Below the pieces are notes generated by a model. That model was not told the origin of the DNA and searched no databases. It saw nothing but the letters and a program-made list of their open reading frames with translations. A stretch of DNA of 64,000 nt from an uncultured Desulfobacterales bacterium (GTDB taxonomy: Bacteria > Desulfobacterota > DSM-4660 > Desulfatiglandales > JALVZP01): contig CAYMUI010000030.1 in the NCBI GenBank assembly GCA_964393645.1, positions 19,195 through 83,194 of the forward strand. The letters run 5' to 3'. The translations under genes were made by a program, and so were the position numbers. Positions 1 to 10,133 of the stretch are shown here, piece after piece. Within the stretch, counting starts at the first letter, position 1. Each line of letters opens with the position of its first letter.

Positions 1-1
1 C

Positions 2-430
2 CCAGTGCTTATAACTACCTCTATCTTCAAGGAATGGAAAAACATAACTATCTTTTTTGGAGGCTCTAACAATGCAGGAAAGGCGGCAAGGGTTGGAATA
101 GATATAGGAAAGGTTTCTGGTTTTCCTGTTTTTCTTTTTACTCAAGCAGAAGGAAAACCAAAAAGCTTTTATGAGGAGGAACTTGATAAAAGAGGGCTTC
201 TGACACCCCTTAAAGAGATCGGATTTGAGTGGCTCTTTTTTGAAAAAGGGGATATGAAGATAAACTTATACGAGGTCCCTCACGACAGTCTGCTTGTCTT
301 AGGTGCCTATGGACATGGTCCTATAAAAGATGTTCTTTTTGGAAGCAAATTAGAGCTTATTCAAAGCTATCTTCCTAACAACATCGTTGTAGTAGGGCCA
401 AATTGTGAGCCTTCGTTTGTCTTGACATGA
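2..430 (+). CDS. Universal stress protein (UspA-family) domain protein, 5' end outside window
   Basis: The frame is open back to base 2, so the track start at 5 is an internal GTG. The C-terminal LLVLGAYGHGPIKDVLFGSKLELIQ resembles the glycine-rich ATP-binding end of UspA-family domains. Confidence 0.5.
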   Translation, partial: PVLITTSIFKEWKNITIFFGGSNNAGKAARVGIDIGKVSGFPVFLFTQAEGKPKSFYEEELDKRGLLTPLKEIGFEWLFFEKGDMKINLYEVPHDSLLVLGAYGHGPIKDVLFGSKLELIQSYLPNNIVVVGPNCEPSFVLT

Positions 431-477
431 CATAATCTCATCCATTAAGCTATTTCCTAAAAGGAAAGGGGGTATAT

Positions 478-1803
478 ATGAAGACCAAAGTCGAAGATCT
501 AAGTTCTGTAAAAAAACGCCTTTTTGTTGAAATAGAGCCAGAAGAGCTCGAAAAGAGGTTAAACAAAGTTTACTCAGAGTTAAAGAAGAGGGTGAGGCTG
601 AAAGGTTTTAGGCCAGGAAAGGTGCCTATAAAAATACTGGAGACCAGATTTGGTGATATTGTTAAACAAGAAGTGATAGATGACATAATAAAAAGCACAT
701 TTCCTGAAGCAGTTAAAGAGCTGAATACCTTGCCTTTAGCAGTTCCTTCCTTTGAATATGATAAAGACAGTTTAAGGAGAGGCCAGCCTTTTCAATATTC
801 TGCGATTGTAGAGGTAAAACCAGAAATTGAGGTAAAGGACTATATAGGTATAGAGCTAAAGAAGCCGAAGGTAGAGGTTACTGAAGAGATGGTGGAAAAT
901 GAACTAAAGAAAATAAGGGAAATGCACGGAGAGATTGTACCTATATCAGAACAAAGGGAAATAAAAAATGGAGACTATGTTAGACTCAACTACCAGGCTT
1001 TTTACAAAGGAAAACCATTAGAGAATTTAAAAAAAGAGAATGCCTTGATAAAAGTTGGAGCAAGAGATACTCATCCTCTTTTTGAAGCAGGGCTGGTAGG
1101 TTTGAAAAAAGGAGATGAAACCACGATATCTGTAGATTTTGAAGAGAATTATCCTAATCCAGAACTTGCCGGAAAAAATATAAAATTTGTGGTGCAGATC
1201 TTAGAGATAAATGAGATGAAACTTCCCGAGCTTACAGATGATTTTGTTAAAGAAAAGCTCAAGCTGGGTTCTGTGGAAGAACTAAAGGAGCAGATCAGAA
1301 AGAAACTTCTTGAACAAGAGGAAAAAAAGGCCGAATCAGAATTAAAGAGGAAGATTTTAGATTATCTTGTAGATAAAGTGGAAATGGAGATTCCGGAAGC
1401 ATTGATTGAAGCAGAACTGGAAAACATGATCGAAAATTTTAAGATAGAACTTAGGATGGGAGGATCAAATTTAGAAGCTTTTGGCTTAACCGAAGAAAAA
1501 CTAAGGGAGGACTTTAGGTCAGGGGCAGAAAAGAGGGTTAGGCAGATGCTCATTCTTTCCAAGATAGCAGACAATGAAAATATAGAAGTATCAGAGGAAG
1601 AATTAGATGAAGAGATAAAGAAGATAGCCGACATGACAGGCAAAGAACCTGATGAATTGAAGAAATTGTATGAAGAAAGAAACCTAATAGGCTATTTAAG
1701 AGTCAGGCTCAGGGAGCAAAAAACATTGAACTACCTTCTTCAGAATGCTAAAATTATAGAAACTCAAAAGGAGAGTTCAAATGCTCATCCCAATAGTAAT
1801 TGA
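478..1803 (+). CDS. tig: Trigger factor
   Basis: 441 aa. The N-terminal GFRPGKVP signature is the ribosome-binding loop of trigger factor. It has an acidic helical C-terminus and the conserved position upstream of clpP-clpX. An SD (aaggaaaggggg) precedes the ATG. Confidence 0.9.
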   Translation: MKTKVEDLSSVKKRLFVEIEPEELEKRLNKVYSELKKRVRLKGFRPGKVPIKILETRFGDIVKQEVIDDIIKSTFPEAVKELNTLPLAVPSFEYDKDSLRRGQPFQYSAIVEVKPEIEVKDYIGIELKKPKVEVTEEMVENELKKIREMHGEIVPISEQREIKNGDYVRLNYQAFYKGKPLENLKKENALIKVGARDTHPLFEAGLVGLKKGDETTISVDFEENYPNPELAGKNIKFVVQILEINEMKLPELTDDFVKEKLKLGSVEELKEQIRKKLLEQEEKKAESELKRKILDYLVDKVEMEIPEALIEAELENMIENFKIELRMGGSNLEAFGLTEEKLREDFRSGAEKRVRQMLILSKIADNENIEVSEEELDEEIKKIADMTGKEPDELKKLYEERNLIGYLRVRLREQKTLNYLLQNAKIIETQKESSNAHPNSN

Positions 1804-2377
1804 ACAGACCCCCAGGGGAGAAAGAGCATACGATATTTATTCCAGGCTTTTAAAAGACAGAATCGTCTTTTTAGGTCAAGAAATTACAGATGCAGTCGCA
1901 AATACTGTGATTGCTCAACTGCTTTTTCTGGAATCCGAGGATCCTGACAAGGATATTCATCTGTACATTAACTCACCTGGAGGACACATCACCGCTGGTA
2001 TGGCCATATATGATACTATGCAGTACATAAAGCCAGATGTAGTGACTATCTGCATAGGCCAAGGTGCAAGTATGGCTGCTCTGCTTTTAGCCGCAGGTGC
2101 AAAAGGTAAAAGGTATGCCTTGCCAAATGCTCGCATACTTATCCATCAGCCTATAGGAGGAGCACAAGGGCAAGCCACGGATATAGACATACATGCAAGA
2201 GAGATACTAAAGCTTAGAGACAGATTAAATCAGCTTTTGTCTTATCATACAGGGCAGGACATAGAAAAGATAAAAAGAGATACTGAAAGAGACTACTTTA
2301 TGGATAGTCAGGAAGCCTTAGAATACGGAATAATAGACAAAATTATAACAAAGAGAGAAATACCCCAACAAAAATAA
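1781..2377 (+). CDS. clpP: ATP-dependent Clp protease proteolytic subunit
   Basis: 198 aa. The N-terminus [23 protein letters not shown] and the segments GQGASMAA and ILIHQP are typical ClpP. Confidence 0.95.
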   Translation: MLIPIVIEQTPRGERAYDIYSRLLKDRIVFLGQEITDAVANTVIAQLLFLESEDPDKDIHLYINSPGGHITAGMAIYDTMQYIKPDVVTICIGQGASMAALLLAAGAKGKRYALPNARILIHQPIGGAQGQATDIDIHAREILKLRDRLNQLLSYHTGQDIEKIKRDTERDYFMDSQEALEYGIIDKIITKREIPQQK

Positions 2378-2393
2378 AAGGAAGGGATTCGTC

Positions 2394-3662
2394 ATGGCCA
2401 GGAGAAATCATAACAATAACAACAGCAACAACGAATTGTTTTGCTCATTTTGTGGAAAAAGTCAGGATGAAGTAAAAAAGTTGATCGCAGGGCCTTCAGT
2501 TTACATTTGTGACGAGTGTATCCAGTTGTGTAATGAAATTATTGCTGAGGAATATAGTAAAGAGGCTGAAGAATTCGATACAGAAGGTCTTTTGAAACCA
2601 TCTGAAATAAAAAAGATACTGGATCAGTATGTGGTTGGCCAAGAAAGGGCAAAAAAGATCCTTTCTGTAGCAGTTTACAACCACTACAAAAGGATTAATG
2701 CTCATATAGATACAAAGGATGTGGAAGTAGAAAAAAGCAATATCCTGCTTATCGGACCCACGGGATGTGGAAAAACACTTCTTGCCCAGACATTAGCAAA
2801 AATACTGGATGTTCCTTTCACTATCGCTGATGCTACTACATTAACAGAGGCAGGGTATGTGGGAGAAGATGTGGAGAATATAATCTTAAATCTCGTGCAA
2901 AACGCCGATTATGATATAGAGGCTGCGCAAAAAGGGATAGTTTATATAGATGAAATAGATAAGATTGCAAAAAAAACCGACAGTCCTTCTATAACAAGAG
3001 ATGTTTCTGGTGAAGGGGTCCAGCAGGCACTTTTAAAAATACTCGAAGGTACAATCGCTAATATTCCTCCAAAAGGAGGCAGAAAACATCCTCAACAAGA
3101 CTTCTTAAGAGTTGATACAAAAAACATATTGTTCATATGCGGTGGCACATTTACAGGAATAGAAGAGATTATAAAGAAGAGAATAAGTGGTAAGAGTATT
3201 GGTTTTGAGGCTGAAATAAAGAGCAGCAGCAAAGAGGAAGACTACAATAGATTGATCCCTCTTGTTCAGCCAGAAGATCTTATAAAATTTGGAATGATTC
3301 CTGAATTTATAGGAAGACTTCCCATAATTGCTACCTTAGAGGAGCTGAGTCTTGAGGCTATGGTAAAAATCCTCACAGAACCCAAGAATGCTTTAGTAAA
3401 ACAGTACAAAAAGATGTTCGAATTAGAAGGAGTGGATCTAAAGTTTACAGACGCAGCACTAAAGGCAATAGCAAGGAAGGCAAAAGAGAGAAAATCCGGT
3501 GCAAGAGGTTTGCGCTCTATATTAGAGTCTATAATGTTAGATGTAATGTTTGAGATTCCGTCCAGATCAGATGTAAAAGAGTGTATTATTGATGAAGGAG
3601 TTGTGACAAAGGGGGAAAAGCCCTTGCTTGTTTACGAGAAACAAAAGATCGAGTATGCGTAA
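2394..3662 (+). CDS. clpX: ATP-dependent Clp protease ATP-binding subunit ClpX
   Basis: N-terminal zinc ribbon CSFCGK...CDEC, Walker A GPTGCGKT and Walker B VYIDEIDK. It follows clpP. Confidence 0.95.
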   Translation: MARRNHNNNNSNNELFCSFCGKSQDEVKKLIAGPSVYICDECIQLCNEIIAEEYSKEAEEFDTEGLLKPSEIKKILDQYVVGQERAKKILSVAVYNHYKRINAHIDTKDVEVEKSNILLIGPTGCGKTLLAQTLAKILDVPFTIADATTLTEAGYVGEDVENIILNLVQNADYDIEAAQKGIVYIDEIDKIAKKTDSPSITRDVSGEGVQQALLKILEGTIANIPPKGGRKHPQQDFLRVDTKNILFICGGTFTGIEEIIKKRISGKSIGFEAEIKSSSKEEDYNRLIPLVQPEDLIKFGMIPEFIGRLPIIATLEELSLEAMVKILTEPKNALVKQYKKMFELEGVDLKFTDAALKAIARKAKERKSGARGLRSILESIMLDVMFEIPSRSDVKECIIDEGVVTKGEKPLLVYEKQKIEYA

Positions 3663-3674
3663 AAGGGAGGGGAT

Positions 3675-6113
3675 ATGTTTACAATAATAAAGAGAAACAT
3701 GGAGATGTCACATTATCCCCTATTGCCACTTAGAGATGTGGTGGTTTTTCCAAATGTAGTAGTCCCTCTTTTTGTGGGCAGGAAGAAGTCTATCCGGGCC
3801 TTGGAATATGCAATGGCCCATAAGAAAGAGATATTTTTGGCTGCTCAGAAAGATGCCTCTGTAGACAATCCTTCCCCAAAGGATATTTATGCATACGGTA
3901 CTATCTGCACTGTGCTTCAGCTTCTAAGATTGCCAGATGGTACGGTTAAGACTTTAATAGAAGGCAAACATAGAGGCAAAATAGAGAGATATTTAGATGA
4001 AGATAAGTTCTTCATGGTAGAAGTGATCAAACTGTCTGACGAATATGAGTTTACCAAAGAGACAGAGGCACTTATCAGGAGTATAAGAGAAGAATTTCAG
4101 GAATACGCAAAGCTTTCTAATAAAATAAATCCAGAGGTTGTAGCTACCGTTTCTGCTATTGATGATCCGGTCCGTTTTTGTGATACAGTAGCAGGTCATC
4201 TTTCTCTCAAACTGAAGGACAAACAAGAACTGCTTGAAATACAAGATTTAAACAAGAGATTGGAAAAGCTGCTGGAAAAATTAAGTGGTGAAATAGAGAT
4301 CCTTAAGTTAGAGCACAGGCTTAAGGAAAGAGTGAAAAAGCAGATGGAGAAGAACCAGAGAGACTACTACCTGAACGAGCAGATGAGGGCTATTCAAAAG
4401 GAGATGGGTACTAAAGATGATTTTGCCAGTGATTTGGATGAATTAGAAAAAAGAATAAAAAGAAAAAAGCTTCCAAAAGAGGCACATGCGAGAGTAAGGC
4501 AAGAGTTTAAGAAGTTGAAGCTGATGGCCCCTATGTCTGCTGAGGCGACAGTGGTAAGAAATTACATAGACTGGATACTCTCTATCCCATGGTATGAAAA
4601 GTCTAAGGTAAAACTGGATATAAAAGAAGCAAAGAAGATCTTAGACGAAGATCATTATGGCCTTGAGAAACCCAAGGAGAGGATCTTAGAATACTTAGCT
4701 GTTCAACATCTTACCAAAAAGAACAGAGGTCCGATACTTTGTTTTGTTGGTCCTCCAGGGGTGGGCAAGACCTCTCTGGCAAAATCTATTGCCAGGGCAA
4801 CGGGTAGAAGATTCGTAAGATTGTCTCTTGGCGGAGTAAGAGATGAAGCAGAAATTAGAGGCCATAGAAGAACCTATATTGGTGCACTTCCAGGGAAGAT
4901 AATCCAATTCATGAGAAAGGCTGGTACCAGTAATCCTGTCTTTTGTCTGGATGAAGTGGATAAGATGAGCATGGACTTTAGAGGAGATCCTGCAGCTGCC
5001 CTTTTAGAGGTTTTAGATCCTGAGCAAAATTATGCTTTTAATGATCATTACTTAGATCTGGATTATGATCTTTCTGATGTTTTCTTTATAACCACTGCTA
5101 ACAGCTTGCACGGGATTCCACTGCCACTTCAGGATAGAATGGAGATTATCAGGATTCCCGGATATACAGAGTATGAAAAACTCAATATTGCTAAACGCCA
5201 TCTTATAAAAAAGCAAATAGAACTAAATGGTCTTAAACCCGAGAACATTCATTTTACTGATAACGCTATCTTAACGATAATAAGACATTACACAAGAGAA
5301 GCCGGAGTAAGAAATCTGGAAAGAGAGATTGCTTCAATATGTAGAAAAGTAGCAAAAAAGGTATTAGAGCAGGGAAGAGATATAAGAATAGTTATTACTT
5401 CTAAATCTGTACCAAAATACTTAGGTGTTCCCAGATTCCGCTATGGGAAAAGTGAAGAAAAAGATCTGGTGGGAGTTGCTACAGGGCTGGCATGGACAGA
5501 TACAGGAGGAGAGTTGCTTCAGATAGAAACTACTATAATGCCAGGAAAAGGTAATCTTGCTCTTACCGGGAAGTTAGGAGATGTGATGAAGGAGTCTGCT
5601 CAGGCAGCATTGAGTTATGTTCGTTCAAGATCAAGACAGTTGCGTTTACCAGATAATTTTTATGAAAAGATAGATATACACATACATGTGCCAGAAGGGG
5701 CTATTCCAAAGGACGGTCCATCTGCAGGGATAACTCTGGCTACTTCAATAGTTTCTGCTCTTACCAGAATCCCTGTCAGTAAAGATGTAGCAATGACAGG
5801 CGAAATAACATTAAGAGGCAGGGTTCTTCCGATAGGAGGTCTTAAAGAAAAGATTCTTGCGGCACACAGGGGTGGTATAAAGAAGGTTATTATCCCTTAT
5901 GAAAACAAAAAGGATATAGAAGAGATTCCTAAAAATATTCTGAAAAAAGTAGAATTGATCTTGGTAGAACATATGGATGAGGTTTTAAAACACAGCTTGG
6001 TTGTAGAGGAAGGAAAAACCATATTTGCTTCTGAACAGGAAATTCAGCCTTTCTGTGTGGAAGAGTTCTTTAAGGAACAGAAAAAAGAAACCGAAGAGAT
6101 AACTGCTCATTGA
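3675..6113 (+). CDS. lon: ATP-dependent Lon protease
   Basis: 812 aa. It has a LON N-domain ([10 protein letters not shown]), Walker [10 protein letters not shown] and the protease serine motif KDGPSAGIT. The true start may be an internal Met at codon 9 or 11. Confidence 0.95.
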   Translation: MFTIIKRNMEMSHYPLLPLRDVVVFPNVVVPLFVGRKKSIRALEYAMAHKKEIFLAAQKDASVDNPSPKDIYAYGTICTVLQLLRLPDGTVKTLIEGKHRGKIERYLDEDKFFMVEVIKLSDEYEFTKETEALIRSIREEFQEYAKLSNKINPEVVATVSAIDDPVRFCDTVAGHLSLKLKDKQELLEIQDLNKRLEKLLEKLSGEIEILKLEHRLKERVKKQMEKNQRDYYLNEQMRAIQKEMGTKDDFASDLDELEKRIKRKKLPKEAHARVRQEFKKLKLMAPMSAEATVVRNYIDWILSIPWYEKSKVKLDIKEAKKILDEDHYGLEKPKERILEYLAVQHLTKKNRGPILCFVGPPGVGKTSLAKSIARATGRRFVRLSLGGVRDEAEIRGHRRTYIGALPGKIIQFMRKAGTSNPVFCLDEVDKMSMDFRGDPAAALLEVLDPEQNYAFNDHYLDLDYDLSDVFFITTANSLHGIPLPLQDRMEIIRIPGYTEYEKLNIAKRHLIKKQIELNGLKPENIHFTDNAILTIIRHYTREAGVRNLEREIASICRKVAKKVLEQGRDIRIVITSKSVPKYLGVPRFRYGKSEEKDLVGVATGLAWTDTGGELLQIETTIMPGKGNLALTGKLGDVMKESAQAALSYVRSRSRQLRLPDNFYEKIDIHIHVPEGAIPKDGPSAGITLATSIVSALTRIPVSKDVAMTGEITLRGRVLPIGGLKEKILAAHRGGIKKVIIPYENKKDIEEIPKNILKKVELILVEHMDEVLKHSLVVEEGKTIFASEQEIQPFCVEEFFKEQKKETEEITAH

Positions 6114-6151
6114 CAAGAAAACAAATAATTGTTAAAAAAAATTAACTAAAC

Positions 6152-6223
6152 AGGCGGATAGCTCAGAGGGAGAGCATCGGCCTTACAAGCCGGGGGTCAC
6201 GGGTTCAAATCCCGTTCCGCCTA
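6152..6223 (+). tRNA. tRNA-Val (anticodon TAC)
   Basis: Hand-folded cloverleaf: acceptor AGGCGGA/TCCGCCT, D stem GCTC/GAGC, anticodon stem TCGGC/GCCGG with loop CTTACAA, T arm ACGGG-TTCAAAT-CCCGT. 72 nt; CCA is not encoded. Confidence 0.9.
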
Positions 6224-6232
6224 TACAAAAGC

Positions 6233-6306
6233 GGGGGCGTAGTTCAGCTGGTTAGAACGCCGGCCTGTCACGCCGGAGGTCGCGAGTTCGAGTCTCGTCG
6301 TCCCCG
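6233..6306 (+). tRNA. tRNA-Asp (anticodon GTC)
   Basis: Hand-folded cloverleaf: acceptor GGGGGCG/CGTCCCC (one G-U), D stem GTTC/GAAC, anticodon stem CCGGC/GCCGG with loop CTGTCAC, T arm GCGAG-TTCGAGT-CTCGT. 74 nt; CCA is not encoded. Confidence 0.9.
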
Positions 6307-6696
6307 TCAATCATCTTTTTTCTTTATTAACAACCAGTTATTTTCTTTTCCCTTCATTTTTATGAGTGCAAAAGCGCCTTTTAATCTATTTCCTTTTAGT
6401 CTGAAGACGATCTTTCCGTTTTCGAGTTCTTTCAGAGGATCATCACCTTCTATCAGCTCATACTCTCCTTTATCCCATATCAATACCTTTCCGGCACCGT
6501 AATGACCCGGAGGAATTTCTCCTTCAAAATCTATGTAGTCAATAGGATGGTCTTCCACCATAACGGCGAGTCTTTTATCTTTTGGATTCATAGAGGGCTG
6601 CTTAGGTACTGCCCATGATTTCAGCACCCCTCCCATTTCGAGTCTTAGGTCATAATGTAATTTTCTTGCGTGATGTTCTTGAATTACAAATCTCAT
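6307..6696 (-). CDS. Stand-alone LigD-type 3'-phosphoesterase domain protein
   Basis: 129 aa. RFVIQEHHARKLHYDLRLEMGGVLKSWAVPKQPS matches the characteristic start of the DNA ligase D phosphoesterase (LigD_N) domain. SD aggaggataaccc precedes the ATG. Confidence 0.7.
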   Translation of the reverse strand: MRFVIQEHHARKLHYDLRLEMGGVLKSWAVPKQPSMNPKDKRLAVMVEDHPIDYIDFEGEIPPGHYGAGKVLIWDKGEYELIEGDDPLKELENGKIVFRLKGNRLKGAFALIKMKGKENNWLLIKKKDD

Positions 6697-6763
6697 AGGG
6701 TTATCCTCCTGTTGTCAGTTGTGATAAAATAGCTTTTGTAATCTTAATATATCGTGAGAAGTT

Positions 6764-8176
6764 ATGATAGCTTTTATGAAGACTGAAAACCTGAATAAAT
6801 TGGCTCTTGTTACGGAAAACGATCGGTTTACTTATAAAGAATACCTGAAGAGTGTTTCAGCTTGCAGCAAAAAACTTACTGAACTGGGCATAGGTAAAGG
6901 CAAAAAAGTTGCTATCATCTCTGAAAATAGCCCCGAATATGTACTGACAATTCTTTCTGTTCTTAACATCGGCGCTGTTTGTATTCCAATAAATGTGAGA
7001 TGGCCTGCTGTTCAAATAGAAGAGGCATTAAAAAAGGTGGGATGCGATTTATTGGTGATTGAACACAGAAGCTTGAAGGTAAATTTGCGGTGCAAGTCTG
7101 TTTATATGGATCAGCTAATCCGGTTAAAAATGGGGTCTGCTTTCGAAGGGATAGACCCTGATCTTGAAAGAGATGCCACGATTATTTTTACATCTGGTAG
7201 CTTGGGAGAACCAAAGCCCGTATTACATACCTTAGGAAATCACTACTACAGTGCTCTCGGCTCCAACTCTAACATATCTCTTGCTCCAGGGGATGTGTGG
7301 GGTGTATTTTTGCCTTTGTATCATGTTGGAGGACTGAGCATAATATTCAGAACCCTTATTTCCGGATCAGCTATAGCGATACCGTCTAAAAAGAAATCTA
7401 TTTCTGAAGCAATAAAGACAATGAATATTACCCATCTGTCCCTTGTTCCCACCCAACTCTATAGGATGCTGAAAAACAAAGAAGACATAAAGGCTCTCCG
7501 CTCTGTCAAAGCGATACTGTTAGGAGGAGCACCTGTAAGAGAATCCCTCATAAGAAAAGCAAAGGAGTATGATCTTCCTATATATACCACTTATGGATGT
7601 ACGGAGATGGCATCTCAGATTACCACCACAAGACCAAATGATACTATTTCACATCTTCTTACCTCAGGAAGGCTTCTTCCATACAGGGAATTGAGTATAA
7701 GCAAGGATGGGGAGATAATGGTGAAAGGAAAAACGCTTTTTAAGGGTTACGCATATAAGGACAAGCTTGTTCTTCCTTTTGTGAAAGACGGTTGGTTTAA
7801 AACAGGAGATCTCGGATACTTAGACAAAGATGGCTATCTTACTGTCTACGGAAGAAAGGATAATATGTTTATTTCTGGTGGAGAAAACATTCAACCAGAA
7901 GAGATCGAGCAAAGGCTTACCCAGATAGAAGGCGTGATAGATGCAGTGGTTGTTCCGGTAGAGGATGAGCAGTGGGGTCAAAGGCCTGTTGCTTTTGTTT
8001 ATAAGGAAGGAGAGATAAGTGAGTCACAAATAAAAAATGAGTTGGAAAAAGTGCTTCCCAAGTATAAAATACCTGACCGTGTATTTTTTTTGCCAAAAAA
8101 TATCTATGAGAAAGGATTAAAGTTGAACCGTGAATACCTCAAAGGAATGGCAAAGAGAATTGTGGAAAGAACTTAA
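6764..8176 (+). CDS. AMP-dependent acyl-CoA synthetase/ligase (MenE-like 2-succinylbenzoate-CoA ligase size class)
   Basis: 470 aa with adenylate-forming motifs [17 protein letters not shown] and [19 protein letters not shown]. No other menaquinone genes are in the window, so the substrate is left open. Confidence 0.6.
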   Translation: MIAFMKTENLNKLALVTENDRFTYKEYLKSVSACSKKLTELGIGKGKKVAIISENSPEYVLTILSVLNIGAVCIPINVRWPAVQIEEALKKVGCDLLVIEHRSLKVNLRCKSVYMDQLIRLKMGSAFEGIDPDLERDATIIFTSGSLGEPKPVLHTLGNHYYSALGSNSNISLAPGDVWGVFLPLYHVGGLSIIFRTLISGSAIAIPSKKKSISEAIKTMNITHLSLVPTQLYRMLKNKEDIKALRSVKAILLGGAPVRESLIRKAKEYDLPIYTTYGCTEMASQITTTRPNDTISHLLTSGRLLPYRELSISKDGEIMVKGKTLFKGYAYKDKLVLPFVKDGWFKTGDLGYLDKDGYLTVYGRKDNMFISGGENIQPEEIEQRLTQIEGVIDAVVVPVEDEQWGQRPVAFVYKEGEISESQIKNELEKVLPKYKIPDRVFFLPKNIYEKGLKLNREYLKGMAKRIVERT

Positions 8177-9065
8177 CAAGTTTTATGGTAGAATAGGAAG
8201 AAACGATCTCTGTCCCTGTGGAAGTGGTTTGAAATACAAAAAGTGTTGTTTAAGGAAGGGATATATTTCTATAAGCAGGGAAAGGTTAAAAGAAATATAT
8301 TTCAAGCGGTATGGAATAAGACTCAAAGAAGAAAAAGATATAGAAGGTATAAGAAAAGCGGGTGAGCTCGCGTTAAAAATATTAAATGTGGTGGAAAACA
8401 GCCTCAGGGTCGGGATGCAGACAAAAGAGATAGACGAGATTGTACATGAACTTACAGTAAAAAATGGTGCGATTCCCGCTCCTTTAAATTACAGAGGTTT
8501 CCCTAAAAGCGTTTGTGTTTCTGTGAATGAAGAAATATGCCATGGGATACCAGGAGAGAGAGTGCTTCAGGACGGAGATATAGTAAATGTAGATGTCACC
8601 CCGATTCTGAACGGTTATTATGCAGATGTAAGTAAGACCTTTTTTGTGGGAACTCCTAAAGAAGAAGCAAAAAGGCTGGTAGCAATTACTAAGGAATGTC
8701 TTAAAAGGGGAATTTCCATGGTAAAACCTGGCAACAGGATAGGAGACATAGGGTGGGCTATAAGTAAGTACGCTGAAGAGCAGGGATGCTCCGTAGTAAG
8801 AGAGTTTGTTGGACATGGAGTTGGGTTTGAATTTCACGAACCTCCTCAGATACCGCATTATGGTAGAAAAGGGGAAGGGATAGTTCTTGTTCCTGGAATG
8901 GTGTTTACTATAGAGCCCATGATAAACCTTGGTGGTAGAGAAATAAGAATCCTTGAAGATGGATGGACCGCAGTGACTGCTGATGGTTCCCTTTCAGCTC
9001 AGTTTGAACAGACCATCCTTGTAACGGAAGAAGGATGCGAAAGTCTTACTCCATATGAACTTTAG
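8130..9065 (+). CDS. map: Type I methionine aminopeptidase with N-terminal SEC-C zinc motif
   Basis: It has a MetAP pita-bread core ([28 protein letters not shown]) preceded by [13 protein letters not shown]. The start is uncertain: GTG 8130 overlaps the upstream gene by 47 nt, and TTG 8160 is an alternative. Confidence 0.85.
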   Translation: MNTSKEWQRELWKELNKFYGRIGRNDLCPCGSGLKYKKCCLRKGYISISRERLKEIYFKRYGIRLKEEKDIEGIRKAGELALKILNVVENSLRVGMQTKEIDEIVHELTVKNGAIPAPLNYRGFPKSVCVSVNEEICHGIPGERVLQDGDIVNVDVTPILNGYYADVSKTFFVGTPKEEAKRLVAITKECLKRGISMVKPGNRIGDIGWAISKYAEEQGCSVVREFVGHGVGFEFHEPPQIPHYGRKGEGIVLVPGMVFTIEPMINLGGREIRILEDGWTAVTADGSLSAQFEQTILVTEEGCESLTPYEL

Positions 9066-9960
9066 CCTCTACGAGCTTATAAAGGAAAAGGCAAAAGGCT
9101 TGGGTTTTGCAAAAGTAGGTTTTTTAAGACCTCAAAGACCTCTTTTTTTTGATAGTTTTCTGAAGTGGCTTAAAGACCACAAAAATGCCGATATGAAATG
9201 GCTTAACAAGTACTTGGATATAAGGGAGGATCCGAGCAAGCTCCTTAAAGGATGTAGAACTATTATCTCGCTCGCATACCCGTACTCTTGTGATATACCA
9301 ACAAGTCCCGATGGGTTTTGTGCTGCCAGATATACAGAGCCTCTCAAAGAAGATTATCATACGAGATTGAGAGCTTTATGTAGAGAATTGAGCAAAGTTA
9401 TTATTGACAGGTTTCCAACAGCAAAAATAAGAATATGTGTTGATTCTGCGCCTGTTTTAGAAAGAAGTATAGCTTATATGTCCGGCGTAGGATTTATCGG
9501 AAAAAATAATATGCTTATTGTACCTGAATATGGCTCGTATGTTTTTCTTTCAGAGATATTTACCACTGCACCCATTGACTTTCCTAAACCAGAACCTGTT
9601 TCCATTCAGTGTGGTGAGTGTAACAGGTGTATAGATGCTTGCCCTACAGGAGCACTTAAAGACGCTCATTGTTTTGATGCAAGACTCTGTCTCTCTTACA
9701 TTACCATAGAGTATAAAGGTGATATAAAAGAAGAATTTTCAAAAATGCTTTACCCTTTTTTCGTAGGATGTGATAAGTGTCAGCAGGTCTGCCCTTTTAA
9801 TCGTAAAGGGAGAAGATATATCTGTCTGCCCACATCTGAAGAATTCTTAAAAATGGACGAGGTAAATTTTAAAAAGCAATTTGGAAGAACTTCCTTAGCC
9901 AGAGCTGGCATAAAAAAAATAAAGAGAAATCTCTTGACAATTAAACAATATTTGGTTTAA
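9055..9960 (+). CDS. queG: Epoxyqueuosine reductase
   Basis: 301 aa. It has two ferredoxin-type clusters ([15 protein letters not shown] and [11 protein letters not shown]) and a QueG-like N-terminal region (GFAKVGF...). Confidence 0.75.
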   Translation: MNFSLYELIKEKAKGLGFAKVGFLRPQRPLFFDSFLKWLKDHKNADMKWLNKYLDIREDPSKLLKGCRTIISLAYPYSCDIPTSPDGFCAARYTEPLKEDYHTRLRALCRELSKVIIDRFPTAKIRICVDSAPVLERSIAYMSGVGFIGKNNMLIVPEYGSYVFLSEIFTTAPIDFPKPEPVSIQCGECNRCIDACPTGALKDAHCFDARLCLSYITIEYKGDIKEEFSKMLYPFFVGCDKCQQVCPFNRKGRRYICLPTSEEFLKMDEVNFKKQFGRTSLARAGIKKIKRNLLTIKQYLV

Positions 9961-9961
9961 T
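9934..9961 (+). promoter_or_regulatory. Putative sigma-70-type promoter of the BCAA leader
   Basis: TTGACA (9934-9939), 16 nt spacer, TTTAAT (9956-9961). It lies in the last codons of queG, about 25 nt upstream of the leader ORF. Confidence 0.4.
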
Positions 9962-9984
9962 TGTATCCTACTTAGGATCTGATT

Positions 9985-10056
9985 ATGAAAAGAACGGACG
10001 CCATTATCAGACAAGTATTTTTACTTATAGTAGGTGGGCTTAAACAGCCGGCCTGA
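9985..10056 (+). CDS. Branched-chain amino acid leader peptide (23 aa, MKRTDAIIRQVFLLIVGGLKQPA)
   Basis: Hand translation; the ORF is too short for the track. AGGA lies 7 nt upstream of the ATG. Eight of 23 codons are Ile, Leu or Val, clustered as II..V.LLIV..L. The stop codon TGA lies inside attenuator segment 2. Confidence 0.55.
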   Translation: MKRTDAIIRQVFLLIVGGLKQPA

Positions 10057-10119
10057 TAATGGCGTTTTTAAGACATTGTTAGATCCGTTATCAGGCCATC
10101 TGATAACGGATCTTTTTTT
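9998..10119 (+). promoter_or_regulatory. Transcription attenuator with alternative 1:2, 2:3 and 3:4 RNA structures
   Basis: Segment 1 (9998-10010, acgccattatcag) is perfectly complementary to segment 2 (10053-10065, ctgataatggcgt). Segment 2 (10050-10062) can instead pair with segment 3 (10085-10097; 13 bp with one G-U). Segments 3 and 4 form the terminator. Confidence 0.65.
10081..10119 (+). terminator. Intrinsic terminator of the BCAA leader
   Basis: agatccgttatcag (10081-10094), loop gccat, ctgataacggatct (10100-10113). The U-tract spans 10113-10119. It ends 14 nt before the cimA ATG. Confidence 0.7.
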
Positions 10120-10133
10120 AAGGGGGAGTGGTT

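Noticed and set aside
2394-2440. Poly-Asn run (NHNNNNSNN) at the ClpX N-terminus as a possible repeat or slippage tract.
   Set aside because: It is a short low-complexity N-terminal extension ahead of an intact zinc ribbon, and nothing indicates function or instability.
6307-6763. Possible tRNA-Asp-integrated genomic islet.
   Set aside because: It contains only one small gene. There is no integrase, no direct repeat of the tRNA 3' end and no compositional break visible by eye.
9998-10069. The 1:2 hairpin followed by TTTTT, considered as an independent terminator.
   Set aside because: The stem encloses most of the leader ORF with a 42-nt loop, and the stronger canonical terminator lies 50 nt downstream. 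It is better read as the pause/anti-antiterminator element of the attenuator.
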